Assembly (NCBI GenBank): GCA_022648165.1
Contig: JALCLX010000003.1
Span: 180,467-244,466, forward strand
Reading direction: 5' to 3'
Source of the DNA: Ancrocorticia sp.
Lineage (GTDB): Bacteria > Actinomycetota > Actinomycetes > Actinomycetales > Actinomycetaceae
DNA length: 64,000 bases
The position numbers and the translations under genes are program-made. The number at the start of each line of letters is the position of its first letter. The first letter of the stretch is position 1. Under the pieces are notes generated by a model that did no database searches, was not told the DNA's origin, and worked only from the letters and a program-made list of their open reading frames with translations. Shown here piece by piece: positions 1-9,375 of this stretch.

Positions 1-250
1 GCCCCGCCCGGCTCTCATTTTCATAGCTACTCATAAATAGTGAGTATGGACCACTGGAAGGCAGTTGGCAAGCGAGGCCCGTCACACTGCGGCACTGCTT
101 AACAGCACACTAGATACGGACTGTACTTAGATACATGAGGGACACAGTCGAGGCCCGATGGCCCGCCAGATGGATCCGCGCCGCCCTACGCACAGCCTTG
201 CAACCAGCCACTTCCCCTTCCTCACTCGCTCACTATCCGAAGGAATCACG

Positions 251-828
251 ATGGCATCACATCGCACACTTGCCCAGGTGATCAAAGAATTCAGCGCGAT
301 CAGCGGCTCCCAAGCAGATACGAACTGGGCGGGCCGAGCGGCGTTCCAGCTCCTGGATACCCACCACATCAAGGAATCGGCGGCGCGCGACGCCCTCGAA
401 GAAGCGCTCACCACTTTCACAGCCGCATCCACGGATACCTCCACGCCACTCGCAACAAACGACGAACAGCGGCTGCGCGAATTGGGTGAAACGTTGCGGG
501 CGCGCGGAGATATGAGCGATCGCAAGGTCAGGCGCATTGAGGCGGACGCGAGGACGTTCGTGGCAGATTCCGGCAACACGCGCATGAGGAATTTGGTACG
601 CCTACCGCATACGCACACCGCTTCGGGAGCTCGGCAACAAGGCATGCACGCACCGTGGCATACAACATTGGCATGGTGGCGTTGGTGGGCGTGCTCTCGC
701 TGCTCACCCACACACCGATCGGCACGAGCTCAACGTTTTCCACCGTTCTTATGGGTATGGCCATTATCGCCGTGATCCAGCTGGGCGTGTCCATCGTGCG
801 GTGGTGGAAAGCACGCCACCACTTATAA
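251..828 (+). pseudogene. hypothetical protein with C-terminal two-helix membrane anchor; apparent frameshift near 575-590
   Basis: ORF 158..775 is protein-like up to ...EADARTFVADSG, then turns into W/R-rich nonsense. Another frame open from ~555 reads ...HEEFGTPTAYAHRFGS...VAYNIGMVALVGVLSLL...VLMGMAIIAVIQLGVSIVRWWKARHHL and stops at 826-828. Start ATG 251 (MASHRTLAQV) is chosen arbitrarily. Confidence 0.3.
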
Positions 829-862
829 GATCGCTCCTCAGTTAGCTGAGCGCGAGCAGCGA

Positions 863-2395
863 TTAGTTATCAGAACGCGAGAAGTGGTTCTGCATCAAAT
901 TGGAGGAGATAAACAACACGCGGCCCAAGACTTGGTCGGTTTCCTCCTTGATCAACCCCGCGAGTTGTTCGTTCGCATTTGCCAGAGCCGCACGGATTTC
1001 CGCTGCCTCCTGTTCTTCCGTGATGCCAGCTTGCTGGGATACGCCAGCGGCCAGTTGAGCATCAGTGACTCGCAGGTTTTCGTGCCCGGCGGCGATCGTC
1101 TTTTCTTGGTAACGCTCCACGTCCGGGATGGTCTCGGAGAAGTGCGCATCGCTCAGCGCAGCCAGCAGACGGCTTGCCCAGTAGAAGTTCTCCGAGGTTA
1201 CGCGCGCTGTGGTGTTCGCGAAGTACGACGGCGTCGTCTCCACATTCGTATAAAGCGGAACCAACGTATTAAACGGGTTCGAGGCAAAAGCAATCCACTG
1301 CACGGAACGCCACTGTTCCGGAACATAGGGGCGCACCTGCAAAATAGAGAGCTGGCTGTGCCGATTGATACCAATGGGGCGCAGGAGGTGCTTTTGGGCA
1401 GGTGTGCCGAGTTCAGCGTAGGGATCGTACGGCGTGCCCTGATAGTGAGAGCTGAGCACGTATTTGACGTCTTCAATGGTGAGCTTGCGCTCCGGTTTGC
1501 GCGCCCAGGGTAAATCGTCAGAAAACGGCGTGTAACGGGGAGCCGGGCCATCCCATTCACCGCTGTGCGGATTGAGCGTACGCTGCATGTACCAGGCACG
1601 CGGCGTGTTGTACACATGGTCAGCATCAGAGTGCGAACCGAACGCATCGCGCGGGTTGAGCATGCCGTCAAAGGAAAGATCCAGGAAATTGTCTGCAATG
1701 AACTCCCGCAGATCGGAACTGGCCATATGGTTGCGCTGTTCCCCAAGGGCGTCGTCGACATCAAAAGAATCAATACCCAGTTGGTTCGGCATAGTGACAT
1801 AGCAGTCGTCCGGCACACGCTTGGCGATCCAATGGTGTCCGCCTACGGTTTCCAGCCACCAAATTTCATCCGAATCGGAAAACGCCACCCCGTTCATCTC
1901 ATACGTACCGTACTGCTCCAGCAGCGATCCGAGGCGCTGCACTCCCTCGCGGGCAGAACGGATATACGGCAGTACGATCGTCAGGAAATCTTCCTCCCCG
2001 ATACCACCAACCTGCTCCGGAACATAGCCTTCCTCCCCCGGGGTGCCTTTGGCGGGAGTAAATTCCACAAACGGGTCTGCGCCCAAAACGCGCTCGTTGG
2101 TGGTCAGCGTTTCCGTGGCGCTCATTGCAACATTTGCCGCGTTGATCCCAGCCTCACCCCAGATACCCTTATCAAGGATCGCATTCGGCGCCGCGGTGTA
2201 GCGCAACGGATTGTCCGGCAGATCGATACTGAGATGGGACAGCACAGATGTGTACGTGCGCGGCTGCTCTTCAGGCTGAACAACGATCACGCGCTTCGGA
2301 TTAAACTCGCCATTCGATGAATCCTCGTTACGCGCGATGATCGGTGAACCATCGTAGCTAGCGTTCTTCCCAACCAGAATTGTTGTACAGCTCAT
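863..2395 (-). CDS. C69-family dipeptidase (PepD-like, N-terminal Cys nucleophile)
   Basis: Long ORF. N-terminus MSCTTILVGKNASYDGSPIIARNEDS has Cys right after Met, the C69 hallmark. Start set to ATG 2395, preceded by AAGAAGGAG. Confidence 0.85.
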   Translation of the reverse strand: MSCTTILVGKNASYDGSPIIARNEDSSNGEFNPKRVIVVQPEEQPRTYTSVLSHLSIDLPDNPLRYTAAPNAILDKGIWGEAGINAANVAMSATETLTTNERVLGADPFVEFTPAKGTPGEEGYVPEQVGGIGEEDFLTIVLPYIRSAREGVQRLGSLLEQYGTYEMNGVAFSDSDEIWWLETVGGHHWIAKRVPDDCYVTMPNQLGIDSFDVDDALGEQRNHMASSDLREFIADNFLDLSFDGMLNPRDAFGSHSDADHVYNTPRAWYMQRTLNPHSGEWDGPAPRYTPFSDDLPWARKPERKLTIEDVKYVLSSHYQGTPYDPYAELGTPAQKHLLRPIGINRHSQLSILQVRPYVPEQWRSVQWIAFASNPFNTLVPLYTNVETTPSYFANTTARVTSENFYWASRLLAALSDAHFSETIPDVERYQEKTIAAGHENLRVTDAQLAAGVSQQAGITEEQEAAEIRAALANANEQLAGLIKEETDQVLGRVLFISSNLMQNHFSRSDN

Positions 2396-2404
2396 GGCTA
2401 CTCC

Positions 2405-2448
2405 TTCTTGCCGAACGCCCTTCACGTTCTTGCCGAACGCGCTTCATG
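2405..2448. repeat. 22-nt tandem duplication (20/22 identical): TTCTTGCCGAACGCCCTTCACG / TTCTTGCCGAACGCGCTTCATG
   Basis: Read directly. Lies in the divergent dipeptidase/gntR control region and includes the dipeptidase RBS-proximal sequence. Confidence 0.9.
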
Positions 2449-2521
2449 CCCTCTCATTGAAGCAAGCGTTTACCTTTTAAATGGTAGACCCGGCTCATAG
2501 CTCTACCAACCGCAGGCACAA

Positions 2522-2543
2522 ATTGTATAAACATGACTATAAT
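2522..2543 (+). promoter_or_regulatory. candidate gntR promoter/operator: ATTGTATAAACATGACTATAAT with a perfect TATAAT -10 (2538-2543)
   Basis: 18/22 identical to 5756-5777. TGACTATA core is shared with 5768-5775 and 9312-9319. Lies ~50 nt upstream of the ATG at 2593. Confidence 0.45.
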
Positions 2544-2592
2544 GCAGAAAGAATCACCCGTCCCGCTGCGCAGGGCTTACCAGGAGCACCAC

Positions 2593-3327
2593 ATGTCCGC
2601 GATCATCGATAAAAACTCTGCAATCCCGCTCTACGTTCAGATTGAGGACTTCATTCGCCACACCATCGCGATCGGTGAGTGGAAACCCGGAGAACGTATT
2701 CCATCGGAGGCTGCGCTCAATGAGCGCCTGGGAGTATCGCGTATGACGGTGCGCGGAGTACTCAATGGCCTTGTTGACGACGGTCTGCTCTATCGCGTAC
2801 CAGGCAAAGGCACGTTCGTCACCGAAGAGAAGATCTCCGCGCTCTCCCCTGCATACAAGGGCGTTCGCGAACAACTTGAGCAAATGGGATTTGCCACGGC
2901 CACCGAGCTCATCCGTTTCAAAAAGATTGTGCCGAATAAGCAGGTGCGCGCAAAACTCGGCCTCGATGCCACTGCACCTGTTTTTGAAATCCTGCGCCGC
3001 CGTCTGGTAGACGACGCCCCCGTTAGCTTGCACCGATCGTTCGTTCCAGTGGCGTTGGCTCCACATCTTGACGACGCCAATGTGGTTGACGAACAACTCT
3101 GCGTTATTCTTGAGCGCGATTATGAGCTGCATGCGGCGCACACTTTTGAGCAGCTTGAGGCAGTTGCCGCAACAGAATCAGAGGCAAACTCACTCGATTT
3201 GAAACCGGGTGCGCCGCTCTTGCTACTTGAAGATACCCTCTCTGACCGCTCAAAGAACGTGTTTGAGTATTCGCGGATCCTCTTCCGCGGTGATCGGATG
3301 AAGTTGCACTTCAACTACGAGTCATAG
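2593..3327 (+). CDS. GntR/HutC-family transcriptional regulator (winged HTH + UTRA-type effector domain)
   Basis: IPLYVQIEDFIRHTIAIGEWKPGERIPSEAALNERLGVSRMTVRGVLNGLVDDGLLYRVPGKGTFV is a classic GntR HTH. C-terminal ~150 aa are HutC/UTRA-like. Start moved to MSAII (ATG 2593). Confidence 0.85.
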   Translation: MSAIIDKNSAIPLYVQIEDFIRHTIAIGEWKPGERIPSEAALNERLGVSRMTVRGVLNGLVDDGLLYRVPGKGTFVTEEKISALSPAYKGVREQLEQMGFATATELIRFKKIVPNKQVRAKLGLDATAPVFEILRRRLVDDAPVSLHRSFVPVALAPHLDDANVVDEQLCVILERDYELHAAHTFEQLEAVAATESEANSLDLKPGAPLLLLEDTLSDRSKNVFEYSRILFRGDRMKLHFNYES

Positions 3328-3370
3328 GCAGTTTCACTGCTCACTTGGGGAGCGAGAAACTACAACAATA

Positions 3371-3402
3371 AGTGTGGGTGGCGCAAATGCGCCACCCACA
3401 CT
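3371..3402. terminator. bidirectional stem-loop between convergent gntR and kinase genes
   Basis: Perfect 14-bp stem AGTGTGGGTGGCGC / GCGCCACCCACACT with loop AAAT, T-rich flanks on both strands. Confidence 0.6.
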
Positions 3403-3478
3403 TTCCTGGAATCTCGCCAAAACCCAGGCGAGATGAAGGCGGCACCTGCCCCGCATGTGCAGGCGCCGCCCACACTGT

Positions 3479-4996
3479 TTAGAACATCGTGGTATCGAGC
3501 CCTTCGTACACCTCCACGAACCGTTCGTAAGCGGCATCGTATGCTGAGGCATTCGCTGGATTCGGTTCGTAGCGATTCACAACCGCCACGGCGCGTTCGG
3601 CTGCGTCTGCGCATGATTCGTAGAGGCCTGCGCCAACACCTGCGTACATTGCTGCACCGAGGCATCCGGCTTCTGAGGTACGCAACACGTCGATGGGCTT
3701 TTGGAAGATATCCGCCAGCATTTGCGACCACATTGGCGATTTAGCAGCTCCGCCAACAAGGCGAATGTTTTCTACCGTGATGCCAGCTGCAGATTGCGCT
3801 TCAAGAATGTCGCGCATCTCAAAGCTCACGCCTTCTAGAACTGCACGCGCCACATCGCTCTTCGAGGTTGCGAGCGTCATGCCGTTGAGGTTGGCCCGGG
3901 CATCGGGCTTTTGCCGTGCACCTGACGCGCCACCCAGGTAGGGCAAGAAGGTGACACCATTCGCGCCGATCTGCGATTTGGCCGCTTGGCTTGTGATGAT
4001 GTCGTACGGATCAACACCGGCCACTCGCCCTGCCACGCACTCGAAATCGCAGAATGTATCGCGATACCAGCGGAATGACGAGGCGGAGGTATTTGAAAAT
4101 GCCTCGATAGTCCAGTTGCCCATGCCGTGGTTTGGTTTGACTACCAGCTTGCGCGCTGGGTCGCGGCGGGGTTCGTCCATCACCACGTAGCACGATCCGA
4201 ACGTGCCCATCACCATCACGCAATCACCGCCATGGACGGCGCCGCCACCGAATGTTGAGCAGTTTTGGTCGTGTGCCCCCATGCACAAGAGCGTGCCTTC
4301 GGCCAGGCCTGTTTTGCTGGCGAGTTCCGGCCCAATTGCACCCACTACTTGGCCTGGCTTCACTGAGATCTTGGCTCGCGCCTCGATCGGAATACCAATC
4401 AGATCGTGCACAGGCTTCGACCATTCCATGGTGTCGACATTCAGCATGCCTTCGCGCGATGCCGAGGAAAGATCCGTCCAGTACTCGGCGGCTCCCCATT
4501 CTTTCAGGAGGAATTCTTGTTCGGAGAGGAACCACTTTGTTTTTGCCCAGTTCTCGGGCTCGTTATCTTTCAGCCACGCCCACTTGGGTGCAGCTGAATT
4601 GGTGCCCAGTGGGTCTCCTGTTTCCAAGTAGAACTTTTCTGCGCCGTACGCTTCTCGAAGTTGGGGGATGTAGGGCGCGCCACGCAGATCTTGCCAGGAT
4701 ACGAACGGGCGGATGAGCTTGCCGTCTTCGTCGATCATGGCTAGAAGTGGGGCTTGCGATGAAAACGCGACGGCGCGGATTTCTTGCGCAGGCACTCCAG
4801 ATTTCTCAACTGCAGCCCGGCACGAATCAATCAAGGGCGGAATGATGTCCTCATACGTTTGCTCCACCAATCCTGGCGCCGGGTAGACGCAAGGGTATTC
4901 CCGGTAATCTTGGCCTAGAACTGCGCCTTCAAGGTTGAAGACGATCGATTTACAGCCTGTAGTGCCGGCATCAATTCCAACCAGGTAGTCAGCCAT
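3479..4996 (-). CDS. FGGY-family carbohydrate kinase (xylulokinase/ketose kinase-like)
   Basis: 505 aa. MADYLVGIDAGTTGCKSIVF N-terminal ATPase motif and overall FGGY-type layout. Confidence 0.85.
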   Translation of the reverse strand: MADYLVGIDAGTTGCKSIVFNLEGAVLGQDYREYPCVYPAPGLVEQTYEDIIPPLIDSCRAAVEKSGVPAQEIRAVAFSSQAPLLAMIDEDGKLIRPFVSWQDLRGAPYIPQLREAYGAEKFYLETGDPLGTNSAAPKWAWLKDNEPENWAKTKWFLSEQEFLLKEWGAAEYWTDLSSASREGMLNVDTMEWSKPVHDLIGIPIEARAKISVKPGQVVGAIGPELASKTGLAEGTLLCMGAHDQNCSTFGGGAVHGGDCVMVMGTFGSCYVVMDEPRRDPARKLVVKPNHGMGNWTIEAFSNTSASSFRWYRDTFCDFECVAGRVAGVDPYDIITSQAAKSQIGANGVTFLPYLGGASGARQKPDARANLNGMTLATSKSDVARAVLEGVSFEMRDILEAQSAAGITVENIRLVGGAAKSPMWSQMLADIFQKPIDVLRTSEAGCLGAAMYAGVGAGLYESCADAAERAVAVVNRYEPNPANASAYDAAYERFVEVYEGLDTTMF

Positions 4997-5003
4997 GGTG
5001 CCC

Positions 5004-5702
5004 TCACTTTTCCGATTCGGCCAGGTAGTTTGCGTACTGCTTCACGAGCTTTGCAGCTGAGCGCGTGCCGATGAGTGAAACACCCATCTTCTCGATCATC
5101 CACAGTGTTGCCGGCATTGTGAATGTGCGCGGAACACCCGAAACCTTGAGTTTCGTCTTTGGATTCGTGATGTTCTCGTGCATGATTTTCACTTGAGATT
5201 CTGTTGGGAAACCTTGCGAACCCGTCGCCGTCTTCACGTAGTCGATCCCAGCGTCACAGCAAATGTGAGTCAGTGTGGCTATTTCTTCGTCGCTCAAATA
5301 GCACACTTCGAAAATGAGCTTGGATATCGCCTTGCCTTCAGTGCGCTCAACAAGGCCTTCAACCTCGTTGCGGACGAATGCGATATCGCCGTCGCGAAGC
5401 TTGCCGATGTTGAGAACCATATCAACGGCTGTTGCTCCTAAATCTAGCCCTTCTTCGATTTCCGCGAACTTCATTGCGGTGGAAGTGCAACCGTAGGGGA
5501 ACGAGATGGCCGTTCCAACCCGGACGTCACTCCCCTTCAATTCCTCTGCCACAACTGGGGTCCAAAACGAGTTTGTGTAGCACGCAGCTACACCGGCCTC
5601 ACGCGCCATGCGCGCGTGCTCCCTGATAGTTTCCTCCGTGGAGCTCTGCAGGTGCAAAGCCATATCGAAGTGCTTTGCATATTCTGCGACCGTCATTGCC
5701 AT
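5004..5702 (-). CDS. DeoC/LacD-type class I aldolase (deoxyribose-phosphate aldolase-like)
   Basis: 232 aa. ...DMVLNIGKLRDGD...IDYVKTATG... pattern typical of the DeoC family. Confidence 0.7.
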   Translation of the reverse strand: MAMTVAEYAKHFDMALHLQSSTEETIREHARMAREAGVAACYTNSFWTPVVAEELKGSDVRVGTAISFPYGCTSTAMKFAEIEEGLDLGATAVDMVLNIGKLRDGDIAFVRNEVEGLVERTEGKAISKLIFEVCYLSDEEIATLTHICCDAGIDYVKTATGSQGFPTESQVKIMHENITNPKTKLKVSGVPRTFTMPATLWMIEKMGVSLIGTRSAAKLVKQYANYLAESEK

Positions 5703-5769
5703 GTTATCCTCCTGGCGCCTTTGCCTAGCGGTGGTAGCAGCTCTGCCCCGCCACTATTGTGTAAACCTG

Positions 5770-5797
5770 ACTATACCAGTATGTCTATGAATGTAAA
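5770..5797 (-). promoter_or_regulatory. near-consensus sigma70-type promoter for the deoC-like/kinase unit
   Basis: On the minus strand: TTTACA (complement of 5792-5797), 16-nt spacer, TATAGT (complement of 5770-5775), ~65 nt upstream of the ATG at 5702. Flanked by inverted ATTGTGT (5756-5762) / ATACAAT (5799-5805). Confidence 0.5.
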
Positions 5798-5858
5798 CAT
5801 ACAATTTTCATCTCTTAATAATCTTCGCTACGCACGCGTCACCGCATCATATCGTAGC

Positions 5859-7184
5859 TTACGCTTGCCCATTCGCAGCATTCATGAAACGCCGCTGATA
5901 GCTCACTACTTGATTCGCTGAAGTGAAGCGCGCAAGATACTGCGGTTCGGCCGTCACAACGACCCTCCGTGCCATATCTGCAAACTCGTCTTCCAACAGC
6001 AAGCGGTCAAGATCTGGATAGTTGTACTCTCCTTCCATTGAACAAATGATGAGTCGTGTCTCTGGCAAGTTCGCTTGGCGCAATGCCCGCAGCGAATGCC
6101 GAACAGCATCAAGCCCATCGCCCAGATCCTCACCTGGAACGATTCCCCGCTGATGAAGCACTGCGCGCGCAAGGCTCTCTACAAGGAACAGATCCACACC
6201 TGTTTCGTTTTTCGAGAGGTAGTCCGTCGAGACCATGTATGTGCGAAGTTCCTTCAGGAAATCCTCGCTTCCACTTGCATCGTATGCAGCCAGCAGCCCA
6301 GCAATTCGTTCACTTTGCATCTTCCGATGGCGCACAAACGAATTGATGAAATATGGTTTGGCCTGCAGCGCCATCTGGGTTTGATACGGCTCAAACATCA
6401 GCGTGAAATTCACTCGATACCCGGCATCACTCAGCTTGAGAGCCAGGTTATGCCCCCGCAAGCGATCCTCCGTAGTTCCCGCAGAGTAGCGAGTATCCAG
6501 CCTCTTATCGCCCTCGAGCAGTTGCTCAACGTTGGCCGCGTTCACGGGCCCCGTATGCGGCACTTTGATGACTACGCGCCACGGCGAGAGAATGTCGCGG
6601 AAGCGCGCCGCCTCGTCCAATATCTTCGAAAAATCTGGCTCAAACGGATTATTCAGTTCCACCGAAATGTCGCATCCGGGCCCCAGCACGCGGCCCAGCT
6701 CGGTTATCACTTCATCGCGGTCTTTGAACTTTCCGCCAACGTTGGCCTGCGGATTGTTCAAGAAAAGGTCGTAAATAATCCCAGGATTGCACGTCAAATT
6801 CGAAAGAAATGGCGCAATCGGAGCCACCTCATACGGGTTCGCCGAATCGGCCGAGAACAGTACGTTCGTTGGGCGCTCGCGGCCGTCTTGATCGCAGCCG
6901 ATATCGCGCACCAGGTCAACCGTCACCACGCCCGCGCTAAAGCCGAGCTCTTTGCGGAAACCGGCCGGAGTGTGCCCGGCGGGCGTTGCGAAATAGTCCA
7001 CGACCTTTTTGAATTCGTCTGAGACGTCGATTGCGTTCGCGTGCCGGCTGAGAAACTCGTATGTCTCAGAGTCTATTGGCGTATTTTCTACGCGCTCAAT
7101 GAGCTCCTCTTCGCCCGTCTTCGGAGCGAGGTTGAGATCACCCAACGTCAATCGCACATGGGCGAATCGCGGTTCTGTCTGCAT
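5859..7184 (-). CDS. transaldolase-fold family protein (function unassigned)
   Basis: 441 aa. SADSANPYE...LTCNPGII, VVIKVPHTG, RVNFTLMFE and FINSFVRHR resemble the Asp/TTNP, catalytic-Lys KxP, N-TL-F and ISPFVGR motifs of transaldolases. Confidence 0.5.
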   Translation of the reverse strand: MQTEPRFAHVRLTLGDLNLAPKTGEEELIERVENTPIDSETYEFLSRHANAIDVSDEFKKVVDYFATPAGHTPAGFRKELGFSAGVVTVDLVRDIGCDQDGRERPTNVLFSADSANPYEVAPIAPFLSNLTCNPGIIYDLFLNNPQANVGGKFKDRDEVITELGRVLGPGCDISVELNNPFEPDFSKILDEAARFRDILSPWRVVIKVPHTGPVNAANVEQLLEGDKRLDTRYSAGTTEDRLRGHNLALKLSDAGYRVNFTLMFEPYQTQMALQAKPYFINSFVRHRKMQSERIAGLLAAYDASGSEDFLKELRTYMVSTDYLSKNETGVDLFLVESLARAVLHQRGIVPGEDLGDGLDAVRHSLRALRQANLPETRLIICSMEGEYNYPDLDRLLLEDEFADMARRVVVTAEPQYLARFTSANQVVSYQRRFMNAANGQA

Positions 7185-7213
7185 GATTTCCTCTCTATTT
7201 CACTGGTGTGCGC

Positions 7214-8155
7214 TCATCGATTGACGAAACGCAAAATCCGGGCAGCCAGGCTTGCTGCGTCGAGGCCCACCGATGCAAGAAGTTCTTTGTAGGGCCCGGT
7301 ATGCACAAAGTGGTGCGGCACACCGATCACGTCTACCGGTACCGGGAGTTTTTGCGCGAGGAGTTCACACACCGCTCCGCCCAGGCCGCCGGTTTCGTAA
7401 TGCTCTTCGATGGTCACCACGCGGCCCGTTCTCGCCACAGATTCCAGAATTAGGCCGTCATCGAGCGGAAACACGGTACCCAAGCACAACAGATCGACGG
7501 ATACACCGTGTTCGGCAAGCACTTCTGCGGCTGTGATGGCCTCCAGCGATTCGTACCCGGTTGTTATTACCGTGACGTCGTTGCCCACTCGGTGGTGGCG
7601 GCCCTTGCCAATCACAAAAGAATCCGGCTCGAACACTTTCGGAACAGGTGAGGCACCGATCCGCATATATACGGGGCCCTCGAATTCAAGCATGGCTCGA
7701 ACCGCCCCTTGGATTTCGCCCGCATCTTGCGGTGCGAGCACGGTAACCCCCGGAATCATGCGCGTGAGTGCATAATCCTCAAGCGAATGATGTGTTGGCC
7801 CAAGGTCCGAGTACGTCATTCCGCCGTTTCGGCCCACAATTTTGACGTTTTGTGCCATGTAACCAACATCGTTGCGGAACTGTTCGTAGTTCCTGCAGGT
7901 AACAAATGGTGCGATCGCGCAGAACACCGGTGTGAACCCCGCCGTCGCTAAACCCGCCGCCAAGCCGGTTGCGCCCTGTTCCTCAATTCCTGCTTCTACG
8001 TACCTATCCGGATGAACCTTCATAAATGGCCCAAATCCAGATGACTTGCCTGAATCTGCTGAAACGACGACGACGCGCGGATCCGTTTCCGCCACAGCGG
8101 CCACTTCGGCGCCAAAGAGAACGCGGGGATCGAAAAGCTCTGGTGCTTCGCTCAT
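7214..8155 (-). CDS. transketolase, C-terminal (pyrimidine-binding) subunit of a split enzyme
   Basis: 313 aa. ...VVVSADSGKSSGF...GIEEQGATGLAAGLA... typical of the split transketolase B subunit. Start overlaps the stop of the upstream gene (ATGA at 8152-8155). Confidence 0.85.
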   Translation of the reverse strand: MSEAPELFDPRVLFGAEVAAVAETDPRVVVVSADSGKSSGFGPFMKVHPDRYVEAGIEEQGATGLAAGLATAGFTPVFCAIAPFVTCRNYEQFRNDVGYMAQNVKIVGRNGGMTYSDLGPTHHSLEDYALTRMIPGVTVLAPQDAGEIQGAVRAMLEFEGPVYMRIGASPVPKVFEPDSFVIGKGRHHRVGNDVTVITTGYESLEAITAAEVLAEHGVSVDLLCLGTVFPLDDGLILESVARTGRVVTIEEHYETGGLGGAVCELLAQKLPVPVDVIGVPHHFVHTGPYKELLASVGLDAASLAARILRFVNR

Positions 8156-9000
8156 GAGATTGCCTCCATCGCGCGGATATCCTGATCGGCATCCTCGAGT
8201 GCGCTTTGCAGCTGTTCTTTCGTTGGTTTCCAGTAATGGGATGCCACAGTTCCCGCAATTTCTCTGATGCCGCAGCCCTTAGTTGTTCGAGCCACGATCG
8301 CAGTGGGTTTCCCGGGTTCCAGCGGGCAGGCATCGAGGGCGTGAACGATGTGATCCATGTTGTTGCCGTCAATGTGCATGGCACTCCATCCGAAAGCCCT
8401 GAACTTTTCGGCGATCGGGTGCATATTCATGACGTCAAAGGTGCTGCCTGAAATCTGCAGCCCGTTTTCGTCGACGAAAACTACGAGGTTATCCAGATGG
8501 CGATGTGCAGCCATCGCCGCACCTTCCCAGTTGGAGCCTTCGGGAAGTTCGCCGTCGCCCATAAGTACAAAGACTCTGGCATCCGATGCCGACATTTTCT
8601 GGGCGCTCGCCATTCCGCACGCCAGAGGCAGGCCGTGGCCTAGAGCGCCTGTATTGGCCTCGATCCCACGTAGTAGATGCATATCCGGATGGCCTGGGAT
8701 GTGAGAGTTCAGTTCCCCGTACGTATCGAGCACCTCCTCGGGAATCACTCCCGCCTCTGCCAGTACCGCATATTGTGCGAGAGCTTTATGGCCTGCCGAG
8801 AGGAGGAATCGATCACGTTGCGGAGCTTCAGGATTAATCGAGCGGAATCCGTAGAAGTAGATGGCGGTGACGATGTCGATTGCAGACATGGCGCCGCCCA
8901 CGTGCCCTGCTGGATGGGCTTCAAGCATCCGAAGTACGTTTCGGCGCGCCCGAGCAGCATGGAGCCGGAGCTCGGCGCTTTCTTGCGTATTCGCGGGCAT
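8152..9000 (-). CDS. transketolase, N-terminal (TPP-binding) subunit of a split enzyme
   Basis: GHVGGAMSAIDIV, LMGDGELPEGSNWE (GDG TPP motif). Start set to ATG 9000 (MPANTQ...). Confidence 0.85.
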   Translation of the reverse strand: MPANTQESAELRLHAARARRNVLRMLEAHPAGHVGGAMSAIDIVTAIYFYGFRSINPEAPQRDRFLLSAGHKALAQYAVLAEAGVIPEEVLDTYGELNSHIPGHPDMHLLRGIEANTGALGHGLPLACGMASAQKMSASDARVFVLMGDGELPEGSNWEGAAMAAHRHLDNLVVFVDENGLQISGSTFDVMNMHPIAEKFRAFGWSAMHIDGNNMDHIVHALDACPLEPGKPTAIVARTTKGCGIREIAGTVASHYWKPTKEQLQSALEDADQDIRAMEAIS

Positions 9001-9001
9001 C

Positions 9002-9235
9002 TCAGCAACTTCCGTTTTCGTAGTCGGAGATTGCGAGCACTTTCGGCGACGACCTGGCGCCATCGATGTACGTGTGCGAGAGGTATTCCGTGAGAAGCTT
9101 TTGCGCCAGCTGTATTCCCGTCACCTGCGCTCCGAATGCCACGATGTTGGCATCGTTGGAGAGCTGAGCACGTTCAGTCTGATAAGCGTCCGTCAGACCA
9201 ATGGCGTTCGGGTCGCACCCAAATGCAATCTTCAT
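9002..9235 (-). pseudogene. rpiB: ribose-5-phosphate isomerase B (RpiB/LacAB family) with in-frame internal deletion
   Basis: 77 aa. MKIAFGCDPNAIGL matches the RpiB N-terminus and NDANIVAFGAQVTGIQLAQKLLTEYL...GARSSPKV matches the RpiB C-terminus. The ~70 central residues carrying the active-site loop are absent. Confidence 0.6.
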
Positions 9236-9311
9236 GAGTTGGTTCCTCTCCGTTGGTGCACGTTCCTTCGTGCCCGATCCTCACCTTTGAGCATGTTCCG
9301 CAGCCTCGTCC

Positions 9312-9338
9312 TGACTATAGCACTCTATACCGGTCTAT
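9312..9338 (-). promoter_or_regulatory. candidate promoter/operator upstream of the rpiB-remnant/transketolase unit
   Basis: TGACTATA (9312-9319; TATAGT on the minus strand) plus CTATACCGGTCTAT (9325-9338), which is 14/14 identical to 11057-11070. Confidence 0.35.
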
Positions 9339-9375
9339 GGAAGCGTATGGGGCGTGTTAATACTTCAGGATTGCG

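Noticed and set aside
2533-2592. The N-terminal 20-codon extension of the GntR ORF (MTIMQKESPV...).
   Set aside because: Its ATG lies inside the TATAAT -10-like element. The GntR HTH alignment begins right after the second Met (2593).
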